64,000 nucleotides of DNA from an uncultured Spirochaetota bacterium (lineage in GTDB: Bacteria; Spirochaetota; Spirochaetia; SZUA-6; CAVTHK01), in NCBI GenBank assembly GCA_963734495.1, contig CAVTHK010000007.1, positions 256,001-320,000 of the forward strand, in the 5' to 3' direction. A program made the translations under genes and the position numbers. The notes below the pieces were generated by a model. That model was given only the letters and a program-made list of their open reading frames with translations, ran no database searches and was not told where the DNA came from. Below are positions 19,952-31,578 of this stretch, piece after piece. Every line of letters begins with the position of its first letter. The stretch's first letter is position 1.

Positions 19952-20394
19952 AACAACCTCTCCTCCAGGCGCGCCAGCAGGGCCTCCTGCAGGGAAATCA
20001 TCTCGACGGAGCCGGGGCCGTGATCCATGCCCTTGAGATGCAGAATGCCGTGCACGAGCAGCCGGCGCAGCTCCTCCTCGGCCGGAACGCCGGCCCCGGC
20101 CGCCTGCTGCTCCGCCGTCGGCAGCGAGACGACGATGTCACCGGCGGCCGCGCGGGGAGCTCCCCTCGGCACGGGCGCGCCCTCGGTCTGCGAGAACGAC
20201 AGCACGTCCGTGGGCGCGTCGATGCCGCGATAGCTGCGGTTGAGGTCGCGGACCACGTCGTCCCCGGCCAGGAGCACCGAGAGCTCCCACCCGTCGATCG
20301 CGAGGGCGTCGAGCGCGGCCCGGCAGAAGGGGCCGACGCGGGAGAGCCACCGCGGCCGGCGGACGCCGCGGCAGGTCACCTGCACGCGGTTCAT
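19948..20394 (-). CDS. ybeY: rRNA maturation endoribonuclease YbeY
   Basis: LNRSYRGIDAPTDVLSF, GDIVVS, VHGILHLKGMDH. Confidence 0.93.
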   Translation of the reverse strand: MNRVQVTCRGVRRPRWLSRVGPFCRAALDALAIDGWELSVLLAGDDVVRDLNRSYRGIDAPTDVLSFSQTEGAPVPRGAPRAAAGDIVVSLPTAEQQAAGAGVPAEEELRRLLVHGILHLKGMDHGPGSVEMISLQEALLARLEERLF

Positions 20395-22625
20395 CTCAGG
20401 GGCCCCTTGGCCTTGGGATACTCGATGCGCGAGTGGAAGCGGCCCGCCAACACCTGCACGAAGCTGCGCTTGATGACCTCGAGCTCCTGGAACTGAAGGG
20501 GGCTGCGGTTGAGCTCGCCGGAGTGGAACCGGTCGATGATGATCTGCCAGACGACCTTCTCGAGCTTCGCGGCCGTGGGGCGCCTGAGCGTCCTCGTGGC
20601 CGCCTCGACCACGTCGGCCAGCATGACGACCGCGCTTTCCTTGGAGTCGGGCCTCTCTCCCGGGTACGAATAGTCGTCGAGGGAGACCGTGCTCCCCTGC
20701 CCCGCCCGCGCGTCCTCGTCGAGGGCGCGGTGGTAGAAGTAGCTGATCAGCCCCTTGCCGTGGTGCTGCGCGATAAAGTCGATCACCTCCGCCGGGAGCC
20801 CGAGCTCGCGGCCCTTCTCGATGCCGATCTTGACGTGGCTCTTGATGATGGCCGCCGAGAGGTTCGGCTTGAGCGTGTCGTGACGGTTCGTGCCGGACTG
20901 GTTCTCGATAAAGTACTCCGCCTGGTCGACCTTCCCGATGTCGTGGTAATAGGCTCCCACCCGCGCGAGCAGCGCGTTCGCGCCGATCGCGTCGCAGGCG
21001 CTCTCCGCCAGGCTCGCGACCATGAGCGAGTGATTGTAGGTGCCCGGGGCCTGGTTGAGCATCTTCCTGAAGATCGGGGCGTTCAGGTCGGAGAGCTCCA
21101 TCAGCCTGAAGCGCGTCGGGGAGTTCAGCACGTGCTCGAGCATCGGCAGGAATCCCAGGACGAGCAGGCCCGAACCGAAGCCGTTCGCGCCGCCGGCGAC
21201 GAAAGCGGCGAAGATCTCGGGCGCCCTCACGTTGCGCAGGAGAGCCTCCGCAAGCAGGACGATGACCGAGGCGAGCGCCAGGAGGAAGCCGGCCCGCACC
21301 AGGTCGATCCTGCGCTCGGCCCGCTGTACGGCCGCGCAGCCGGCGAGGCCGGAAAGGAGGGCGAACAGGAACGAGCCCACCTCCATGTGCGCGGCGAGCA
21401 GCTGGGACAGGCTCATGATCAGGGCCAGCACGATCGCGAGCCGGGCGGACACGAGCAGCGTAGCGAGCATCGTGAAGGTCGCGGTCGGGACCATGACGGA
21501 GAGCGGCAGCCAGCCCGGCTCGTTGTTGACGCCCGCCAGCACGGAGGCGAGCACGTGGTAGATGCACACCAGGGCCACCGCCAGGAGGATCTCCTTGTCC
21601 TGCAGCCGGTCGCCGGGGAAACGCGGCCCGAATCGATAGGAGGCGATGGCCAGCAGGAACACGAGGTAGAGGGCCGTGCCGAGGATGCTGTTCAGGCTGA
21701 ACGCCAGCGCATCCTCGCCGATGGCACGCACCTTCTCGAGGACGTTCTCGGTCACCCGGTCGCCCTTGCGGGCGATGACCTGCCCCTTGACGAGGGAGCG
21801 CAGGACGGGCTTGACCTCGGCGGCCACCCTCGCCCGCTGCGCCTGCGTCTCCAACGGGTCGTACGCGCAGTTGGCCTCGGCGAAGCGGCCCACGAGCACG
21901 GCGACGAGCCTGCGCTCAGGCTCGTCCAGCGAAAGCGTCGCCGTCCGCTCGGCCAGGTGCGACCGCAGCGCCGCGAGCGTCACCACGCCGTCGGCAGGGA
22001 CCTCCTGCCTGGTCCTGCCGCCGCGCTGCAGGATGAGCGCGCCGGCGGTCGCGAGGTCCGACCGCAGTTGGTCGATCTCCTCGGTGGCGAACACGCCGTC
22101 GACCATCGTCTGCTGCAGCAGCACGGCCGCCGCGTCCAGCACCGCGGCCAGGCGCTCCTGCTTCACGAGAAGGCCGATCTCGCGGGCGTCCACCTTGCCG
22201 ATCAGGCCATCGGCCTCCAGTCGCTTCAGGATCGTCTCCGGATCCGTGTTGACCGCCGCCTCCCTCATGATCAGCGCGCGGAAGATTCCGAAGCCCCTGA
22301 GGCCGGCGGCCGTGGACGCCTCGTTCATCACGAACACGGGCGGCACCAGACGGGACCTCGCCTGGCCTTTCAGCGCGGTCGCCGAGGCGTCCACGTAGCT
22401 GACGTCCCGGTCGACGATGACGTCTTCCGGCACGACCTCCCCCAGGTCAAGGGCCATGACGCGCCTGAACAGGGATCCTCCGCCGGTGGAGAGGAACGTC
22501 GTGACGAGCATGACGACGAACGCCGCGGCGAGCGCGAGCGCGACCACGACGTGACGCCTGGCCCACTTGATGCTGATCGCCAGCGGGCCCGGGAGGACGA
22601 GGGGCCTATCGGCCGTGAGTCTCAT
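20391..22625 (-). CDS. 7TM receptor with intracellular HD hydrolase (PgpH-like phosphodiesterase)
   Basis: Extracellular domain, several TM helices, APGTYNHS, YYHDIGK, QHHG, MLAD; phoH-HD-ybeY synteny. Confidence 0.9.
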   Translation of the reverse strand: MRLTADRPLVLPGPLAISIKWARRHVVVALALAAAFVVMLVTTFLSTGGGSLFRRVMALDLGEVVPEDVIVDRDVSYVDASATALKGQARSRLVPPVFVMNEASTAAGLRGFGIFRALIMREAAVNTDPETILKRLEADGLIGKVDAREIGLLVKQERLAAVLDAAAVLLQQTMVDGVFATEEIDQLRSDLATAGALILQRGGRTRQEVPADGVVTLAALRSHLAERTATLSLDEPERRLVAVLVGRFAEANCAYDPLETQAQRARVAAEVKPVLRSLVKGQVIARKGDRVTENVLEKVRAIGEDALAFSLNSILGTALYLVFLLAIASYRFGPRFPGDRLQDKEILLAVALVCIYHVLASVLAGVNNEPGWLPLSVMVPTATFTMLATLLVSARLAIVLALIMSLSQLLAAHMEVGSFLFALLSGLAGCAAVQRAERRIDLVRAGFLLALASVIVLLAEALLRNVRAPEIFAAFVAGGANGFGSGLLVLGFLPMLEHVLNSPTRFRLMELSDLNAPIFRKMLNQAPGTYNHSLMVASLAESACDAIGANALLARVGAYYHDIGKVDQAEYFIENQSGTNRHDTLKPNLSAAIIKSHVKIGIEKGRELGLPAEVIDFIAQHHGKGLISYFYHRALDEDARAGQGSTVSLDDYSYPGERPDSKESAVVMLADVVEAATRTLRRPTAAKLEKVVWQIIIDRFHSGELNRSPLQFQELEVIKRSFVQVLAGRFHSRIEYPKAKGPLR

Positions 22626-23604
22626 ACGCGTGGATGATCTTCTTTACAATCGGATTGCGGACTACGTCCACTTCGTTGAAGAAGAGGAAGCGGATCGGGT
22701 CCACCGACTTCAGGATCGAAGCGACGTGGACCAGCCCCGAGTCCTGCCTCCGCGGCAGGTCGATCTGCGTGATGTCGCCCGTGATCACCGACTGCGTGCC
22801 CATGCCGATGCGGGTGAGGAACATCTTCATCTGCTCTCGACTCGTGTTCTGCGCCTCGTCGAGGATCACGATGCACTCCGCGAGGGTTCGGCCCCTCATG
22901 TAGGCGAGCGGCGCCACCTCGAGCACGCGGTTGTCCTCGAGAGACCGCACCATCTCTGCCCCGAGGAGGTGCTCCATCGCGTCGTAGAGAGGCCTCAGGT
23001 AGGGACTGATCTTCTGCCCCAGGTCTCCGGGGAGGTACCCTAAGCTTTCGCCCGCCTCCACCACCGGCCGCGTGAGGATCAGTTTTCGCTTCTGCCGCGA
23101 CAGGACCACCGAGAGGGCGTACGCGACCGCCAGGTACGTCTTGCCTGTTCCCGCCGGCCCGATCCCGAAGACCATCTCCGAGCTCTTCAACGCCTGGATG
23201 TAGGCCGCCTGGTTCGCGCTCTTCGGGAAGACCTTCCGGTTGACCCTCGGGATGAGGATTTCCGTCTCCGTGAGCGCGGTCACGGCCTCCGTCTCGCCGT
23301 TGCGCAGGGCGCCATAGAGCGCCTGGACGAGGCCCGGGCTGAGCTCCTCGCCGTGCTTGAGACGATCCTCGAGCGAGCGGATCATTGTGTTGAAGGTTCT
23401 CCAGACCGATTCATCGTCGGTCTTCAGGAATAACTCGTTGCCCCGGTAGAGGATACCGACCCCTAGCAGATCCTCCAGGACACGCAGGTTCTGGTCGTTG
23501 GCCCCGCAGATCTCGCTCAGGGCCCGATCACTCAGGACGATGGCGCCTCGACTCGTAGATCCCCCTTGGCGGAAATTGTAGCTGTTGCGCTCGCTGCGGG
23601 TCAA
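22606..23604 (-). CDS. phoH: PhoH-like ATPase (true start probably near 23556)
   Basis: GPAGTGKT, LTRPVVEAGE.LGYLPG, YMRGRT, LDEAQN, GDITQIDL. Confidence 0.93.
   Translation of the reverse strand: MTRSERNSYNFRQGGSTSRGAIVLSDRALSEICGANDQNLRVLEDLLGVGILYRGNELFLKTDDESVWRTFNTMIRSLEDRLKHGEELSPGLVQALYGALRNGETEAVTALTETEILIPRVNRKVFPKSANQAAYIQALKSSEMVFGIGPAGTGKTYLAVAYALSVVLSRQKRKLILTRPVVEAGESLGYLPGDLGQKISPYLRPLYDAMEHLLGAEMVRSLEDNRVLEVAPLAYMRGRTLAECIVILDEAQNTSREQMKMFLTRIGMGTQSVITGDITQIDLPRRQDSGLVHVASILKSVDPIRFLFFNEVDVVRNPIVKKIIHAYETHGR
23575..23604 (-). promoter_or_regulatory. Putative sigma70 promoter of phoH operon
   Basis: Minus strand TTGACC-N18-TACAAT followed by AAGGGGGA. Confidence 0.55.
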
Positions 23605-23622
23605 CCCCGCGCCGGCCCCGTT

Positions 23623-26600
23623 TTACCCCTTGACAGACAGCCCCTGGGAGTCCTGGCGCACCTCGCGCCTGATCTGCGGGATCGGCTTCCACTCGATGAC
23701 AATACTGAAGACGGGCGTCCAGACGTATTCCTCACCTCCGGTGTCCTTGGGAGTCAGCTTCTGGGAGCCCGAATACTCCAGGGCCACGTTCCAGTCCCCC
23801 AGGTCGTGCGTGGCTTTCACGGATATCGACCTCAATTTGAAGGCAGAGTCCTCCCTGCGGCTTCGCTGCAGGAAAGCGTACGACGACACCAGGTCGTCCA
23901 GAGGGTTCACCCAGGCCTCGCCGACCTGCTCCGCCCACGGCCTGATGTAGCGATACAGCTTGTTGTTGTAGGAGGTCACGGAGAAGTCGAGATCGATGAA
24001 GCGGTAGATGCTCGCCTTGAGCCCCGCCGTCAGCTCGAGCCGGCTGCTGGTGAACCGGTAGAGGTCGAAGAGCAGGGTGGAGGAAGCCTGGGGGATCAGG
24101 CGGATCCTGTTGTGCCAGAGGAAGATGGGTTGGCCAGGCGCCTGGTAGCCGAGAGACGTCTCGGCGGGCACCAGCTCCATGGGGGCCCCCGTGGCCACGA
24201 AGCCGCTGGAGGTGGCGCTCCATTCCACGGGCAGCCGTCGCTCCGCGAGGTAGCGGGCCGTGAACCCGAGGGCGGAGACGGAGCTCTCCAGAAGGCTCAC
24301 CGGCTGATCCCGGGTGTTCAGAACGACCCTCTGCGCCAGGAGCCATCCGCCGCTTGCGGAGCTCAACCTGATCAACCGAAGCGTGTTGTCCGAGCGATCG
24401 AGCTCCTGATCGTTGAGGTCGGACTCGGTGCGCGCCTGCAGTTCGGCCCAGGATACCGGATCGAGGGTCTCCGTGACCACGAGCGGGTCGTATACCCAGA
24501 CCGCGGCGGTTTCCTTGTACCCTGCCTTGACGTTGGTGTGCGAGAACCCGATCGTGAAGTCGCCCTCCCCCCGGTAGTAGGCGTCGCGCGGGGGGAGGTC
24601 GCCCTTGAGATCGAGAAAGTTCGCGACGCCTCCGGGCTGGTAGGTCAGCCTCCCGCCGAGGGCGTGCCTCGCCACGGTGTCGCTGTTCCAGTCGAAGAGC
24701 TGCGTGCGGTAGTCGGGCTTGTAACCCGCGGGCAGGGGCCCGCTCAGAAGCCCTTCGTAGTCGAGGGAGAGCATGTCCCAGGCCACGCCGTAGGTGAGCT
24801 GCGTCGTGGAGAACGCTCTGCGGGCGGCCAGGGGCAGGAGCGTGAGGTCGAGGCTGGGCCCGATGCCGAGGCGCGTGGCCTGGTAGTCCCTGACGAGGAG
24901 ATTATCCCAGTCCGCCTGCGCCTCGGCGGCCGCCCGGTTGAAGCGGGTCCTGTACACGCCTTCGACGTTGAGCGCCGCCCTCGCCTCCAGGCGCTGGTCC
25001 CAGAGCCGGGCGAGCGACTGCAGGCGCTGCGCGCCGGAAATTTCGACGTCACTGTACAGAAATTCGAAATCCACCGACCTGGGAGTGGTCCAGCCCTGCT
25101 GGTTGAACTGGCTCTCGAAGAAGAAGCGGGGCTCCACCGTGTAGCCCACCTCGAAGTAAGGCGGGGCTCGCGAGACGTCGAGGCCGGTAAGGTCGGCCTG
25201 GGCCGGAGGCAGCCGCAGCTCCGGCTCCGCGGGCGGCTCCTCCTCCTCGGCGCCGGGCAACGCGATCTTCGGCTCCCGGTCCGGGGCGCCGGGCTCCCCG
25301 CCGGGAGCGGCCGGTGCCGCAGGGGCGGGTTGCGCGGCAGGCGCGGCAGGGGCGGGAGACGCGGCGGTCGGCGGCGGCGGAGCAGCAGCCGGTGCCGGCG
25401 TCCCGGTGGTCAGCAGCTTGCCGGCCAGGCGCAGCTTGAGGTCGGGGGCGACGAGACGGGTCGGCGCGAAAAAGCGCCGTGACGGATCTTCCCCGTCGAC
25501 CGCCGCGTTGTAGTCCGCGTTGTCCCTGCCCTGCCAGTACAGCGCGAGATCGACCCGGGAGACCTCGAGCGTGTCGACCCAGGGGGGCGCGGGGGAGATC
25601 TTGTAGCGCCCCGTCGCGGTCCACGACAGATTGTCCCGCGTGCTCGGGTCCAGCCCGCTCGGCGTCGGCGCTGCCGTCGTCGCCTGGGGCCCCGCCATGA
25701 GGCCCGTCCAGTCGATCCGCTCGGAGCGGTTGAAGAAATCGGAGGAGAAGTAGGGATCGGAGAACAGGCTGATGGCCGCCTGGAGCGACCCCGGCTGGCC
25801 GGTGAGCGAGACATTGGTGTCGACCCCATAGCGGAAAGGCAGATCGAGCCCGCCCGCCTGCACCGTGTCCCAGGTGCTTTCCGTGCTGCCGGGGGCGTAC
25901 GGGCTGTAGGTCCCCGCCGTTTGCGGGTAGAGCCTCCGGCTGATGCCGAGGCCGCCTTTGATCGAGAGAGCCGGATCGAGCACCATGACCAGGCCCCCGA
26001 ACCAGCCGAGGCGGGAGTAGTAGTCTGCGAGGATCTTGAACACGTCCTTGTCGGGCGGTTTCGCGGGCTCCTGCGGCGCCTGGCCCTCCTTCGTCGTCTT
26101 GTGCAGGAAGATCCCCTCGGGCTGCGTCTGGTAGCTCGTCTGGTCGCCGGTGATCTGCAGGAACGACAGCGTGCTGGGCTTCTGCTCCGCCTGGCCGACC
26201 AGGTACGTGGTCGTCTGGATCAAGGTCCCCTCCCTGGCGCGGTAGCCGAGGGACGGGTGGAACACGATCTCGTCTCCGGGCTTGAAAAAGAAGGGAAGGT
26301 AGAACAGCGGAATGCGTCCGACCTTGAGCACAGCGTTGCTGATCGCCCATTCGCCCGGGCCGAGCACCCAGATCCGCGAAGCCGCGATCTGCCAGTACGG
26401 GTCGTCGGCGACCGAAGACGTGACGCTGCCGTCGCGCAGGATCACCGTCTCGTTGGAGCGGCGGATGATGCTCTCGCCCTGGTAGAAGAACGTGATCGGC
26501 GGCTGGCCTTCCTTCATCACGCGGTCGCCCTGCCCGCGGCCGTCGATGATCAGGCCGCCCCACCCTGACAGGTCGAAGGTGAAGCTCTCGCCGTGGAACA

Positions 26601-27168
26601 CCTCGGGCGCGCCGGTCTTGCGGACGAGCTCGTAGGTGACGCCGCCGGACGCGCTCAGCGTCCGGCGCGTCTGGTTCACGATCAGCCGGTCGGCGGAGAC
26701 GCGGTGGGAGACCCCGGCCTGCGCGTCGCGGAACTCGACGCGGACGTCGCCCTGCAGGATGAGGTAGTCCTCCTTGATCCCTTCTATGGTGAAGTAGTCC
26801 GTCGAGCGGGCGCTCTGGACCACGATCACCCGGGCGGGCTGGGCCGCCTCGGGAGGGGGCTGCACGCCGTAGTGGGCGTACAGGCGCGCCTGCAGGTCCG
26901 CCTTGCTGCCTGTCTCCGGAAGCCCCAGCCTGCGGCACCAGGCCACGAGCTCGTAGTAGTCGGCGGTCTGGATGTCGACGGGAAGAGTCTGAAGCTGCAG
27001 ATCGGGCTGCGCGGGCGCCGCCGGAGCCGGCCCGCTCGCCGGGGCGGGCTGCGCAGCGGGCGCGCCGGGCGCTCCCGGCTCGCCAGGCTGAGCGGGCTGA
27101 GCGGGCTGGGCGGGCGCGCGCGCTCCCAAGAGCGCAAACGCCACCGCGACCGCGGCCGCCGGTCTCAC
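23623..27168 (-). CDS. LptD-like outer-membrane beta-barrel (spirochete type)
   Basis: Signal peptide, OstA-like region, PYWQIAASRIWVLGPGEWAISNAVLKVGRIPLFYLPFF, SDPYF..DF, beta-rich C-terminus. Confidence 0.78.
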   Translation of the reverse strand: MRPAAAVAVAFALLGARAPAQPAQPAQPGEPGAPGAPAAQPAPASGPAPAAPAQPDLQLQTLPVDIQTADYYELVAWCRRLGLPETGSKADLQARLYAHYGVQPPPEAAQPARVIVVQSARSTDYFTIEGIKEDYLILQGDVRVEFRDAQAGVSHRVSADRLIVNQTRRTLSASGGVTYELVRKTGAPEVFHGESFTFDLSGWGGLIIDGRGQGDRVMKEGQPPITFFYQGESIIRRSNETVILRDGSVTSSVADDPYWQIAASRIWVLGPGEWAISNAVLKVGRIPLFYLPFFFKPGDEIVFHPSLGYRAREGTLIQTTTYLVGQAEQKPSTLSFLQITGDQTSYQTQPEGIFLHKTTKEGQAPQEPAKPPDKDVFKILADYYSRLGWFGGLVMVLDPALSIKGGLGISRRLYPQTAGTYSPYAPGSTESTWDTVQAGGLDLPFRYGVDTNVSLTGQPGSLQAAISLFSDPYFSSDFFNRSERIDWTGLMAGPQATTAAPTPSGLDPSTRDNLSWTATGRYKISPAPPWVDTLEVSRVDLALYWQGRDNADYNAAVDGEDPSRRFFAPTRLVAPDLKLRLAGKLLTTGTPAPAAAPPPPTAASPAPAAPAAQPAPAAPAAPGGEPGAPDREPKIALPGAEEEEPPAEPELRLPPAQADLTGLDVSRAPPYFEVGYTVEPRFFFESQFNQQGWTTPRSVDFEFLYSDVEISGAQRLQSLARLWDQRLEARAALNVEGVYRTRFNRAAAEAQADWDNLLVRDYQATRLGIGPSLDLTLLPLAARRAFSTTQLTYGVAWDMLSLDYEGLLSGPLPAGYKPDYRTQLFDWNSDTVARHALGGRLTYQPGGVANFLDLKGDLPPRDAYYRGEGDFTIGFSHTNVKAGYKETAAVWVYDPLVVTETLDPVSWAELQARTESDLNDQELDRSDNTLRLIRLSSASGGWLLAQRVVLNTRDQPVSLLESSVSALGFTARYLAERRLPVEWSATSSGFVATGAPMELVPAETSLGYQAPGQPIFLWHNRIRLIPQASSTLLFDLYRFTSSRLELTAGLKASIYRFIDLDFSVTSYNNKLYRYIRPWAEQVGEAWVNPLDDLVSSYAFLQRSRREDSAFKLRSISVKATHDLGDWNVALEYSGSQKLTPKDTGGEEYVWTPVFSIVIEWKPIPQIRREVRQDSQGLSVKG

Positions 27169-27171
27169 GCC

Positions 27172-30000
<2,829 letters not shown>

Positions 30001-30011
30001 CGGCGCGAGTG

Positions 30012-30040
30012 AGCCTACCGGAAAGCGCCGCGTTTTTCAA
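30012..30040 (-). promoter_or_regulatory. Putative sigma70 promoter of uvrA
   Basis: Minus strand TTGAAA-N17-TAGGCT, 11 nt before ATG. Confidence 0.5.
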
Positions 30041-30060
30041 CGCGGCGTACGCGGCCCGCC

Positions 30061-31000
30061 CTATGGCGCGGGCGTCGGCGGCCGGACGCGCACCGACAGC
30101 CGCTCGGGAAAGGGACGCGCGAGCTGCCGGTCCGCCCGGTCGCGCCATGGCCCCTCCAGCGGGCTGCCCGCAAGCAGGTGCCACGCGACCGCGGCGCCCC
30201 TGCCGTCGCCGAGGGCCTGGAGGGCGACCCCCAGGTCGTAGATCGCTTCGGGCAGCGTGCCTTGTTCCAGCGAGGCGCGGATGTCGGGCTCCCGCCCCGC
30301 CAGGGACAGGAACCGCGAGACGCTTTCGTAGTCGTAATGCGGCAGCCGGCGCTGGTACTCCTCGATCGCGCGCGACAGCTCGATGATCATGGCGAACAGG
30401 GCGTGCTCCACCGCGTCGGCCGGCCTGCCCGTGCGGGAGTAGTACCACGCCAGGCCGCCGTGCGCGCGGGCCGTCGGCAGGTCGGGCATCCGGTAGAGCG
30501 CGAGCAGGCGGTCGATCCCGCTCTGGCTGAACACGCGGGCGACGTCGTCGTGAAGCCGCTCGAAGCGCGTGTCCGAAGCCTCGGCGAGGGCCGAGCGGAG
30601 CGCCTCCTCCATCCGATCGTACCGCTGCGCCTGGCGGAACATGTCCGCCATCTCGTACAGCACCGTGAACCGGTCACCGGGCGCCTCGAACGCAGCCTTG
30701 AGCTCGTAAGCCTTGCGGTAGTGCCATTCCGCGAGGTCCGGCTCCCCCTGCGTCCTGAAGATGTCGCCCATGGCCATCTCGACCTCGGGGGTCTTGTAGC
30801 CTGCGGCGCGCACCCGCTGGAAGAGCTCGAGCGCTTCCCCGAGCTCGCCGGCGTCCTGCGCGCTCGACCGCACGCTCGTAGACCAGCCAGGCAGGCTCAT
30901 CCGCGAGCGGCGCAAGAGGGGAAGCCGCCTGCGCGCACGCGGGCGGAGCAAGGGAAAGGGCGAGGATCGGGAATGCGACGATCAGGAGGCGAATCCTCAT
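30061..31000 (-). CDS. Exported TPR protein (frameshift near 30860)
   Basis: Signal peptide [15 protein letters not shown]...; TPR-like helices continue in the next frame. Confidence 0.72.
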
Positions 31001-31093
31001 CGATGGCCTCGGCCCGCGTCCGCCCCGGGCGGCAGCGGGCACACTATCAGTAACGGCAGCTTCGCGCGGACGGATTACGCGCGCCGCCGCCCG

Positions 31094-31519
31094 TCACAGC
31101 ACCGTGATCAGGAAGACCATCGTGAAGATCGCGATCGACTCGATGAGGCCCAGGGCTATGATGTAGTTGGTAAAGCCTTTGCCGGTCTCGCCGTGGGCAT
31201 CGCAGGCGGCCGCTCCGATCACGCCCTGGAACCATGCCGAAATGCCGATCGCCAGCCCGCCGAAGAGCCCGGCGCCCAGCTTGGCCATCGGTGGAACCGA
31301 CGAGCCCCGGATGGCACCCAGCAGGATGAAGCCGTAGAAGGTCTGCGTCATCGGGGCCGCCACGTACGTGATCATGATAAAGGCGGCCGGCCTGTTCTGG
31401 AGAAAGGCCTTCTTCCACGCCCCCGCGGCGGCCGCGCCGGCGGCCCCGATCCCGAGACCCGAGCCGCAGGCCGAAAGGCCCAGGGCAGCGGCAAACCCCA
31501 AGTCACCGAGTATGTCCAT
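31094..31519 (-). CDS. atpK: V-type ATPase subunit K (4-TM proteolipid)
   Basis: GSGLGIGAAG, PMTQTFYG, SAWFQG, GLIESIAIF. Confidence 0.92.
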   Translation of the reverse strand: MDILGDLGFAAALGLSACGSGLGIGAAGAAAAGAWKKAFLQNRPAAFIMITYVAAPMTQTFYGFILLGAIRGSSVPPMAKLGAGLFGGLAIGISAWFQGVIGAAACDAHGETGKGFTNYIIALGLIESIAIFTMVFLITVL

Positions 31520-31578
31520 CGTTCCTCCTGCGTTGCCTGCGAACGCGCCTGCTCATTCTGCGCCCCCACGGGGTCGCC

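Noticed and set aside
27010..27120. 9-nt tandem repeats (PAQPAQPAQP) and other Pro/Ala-rich repeats in secG and LptD
   Set aside because: Low-complexity protein linkers, not CRISPR or mobile repeats
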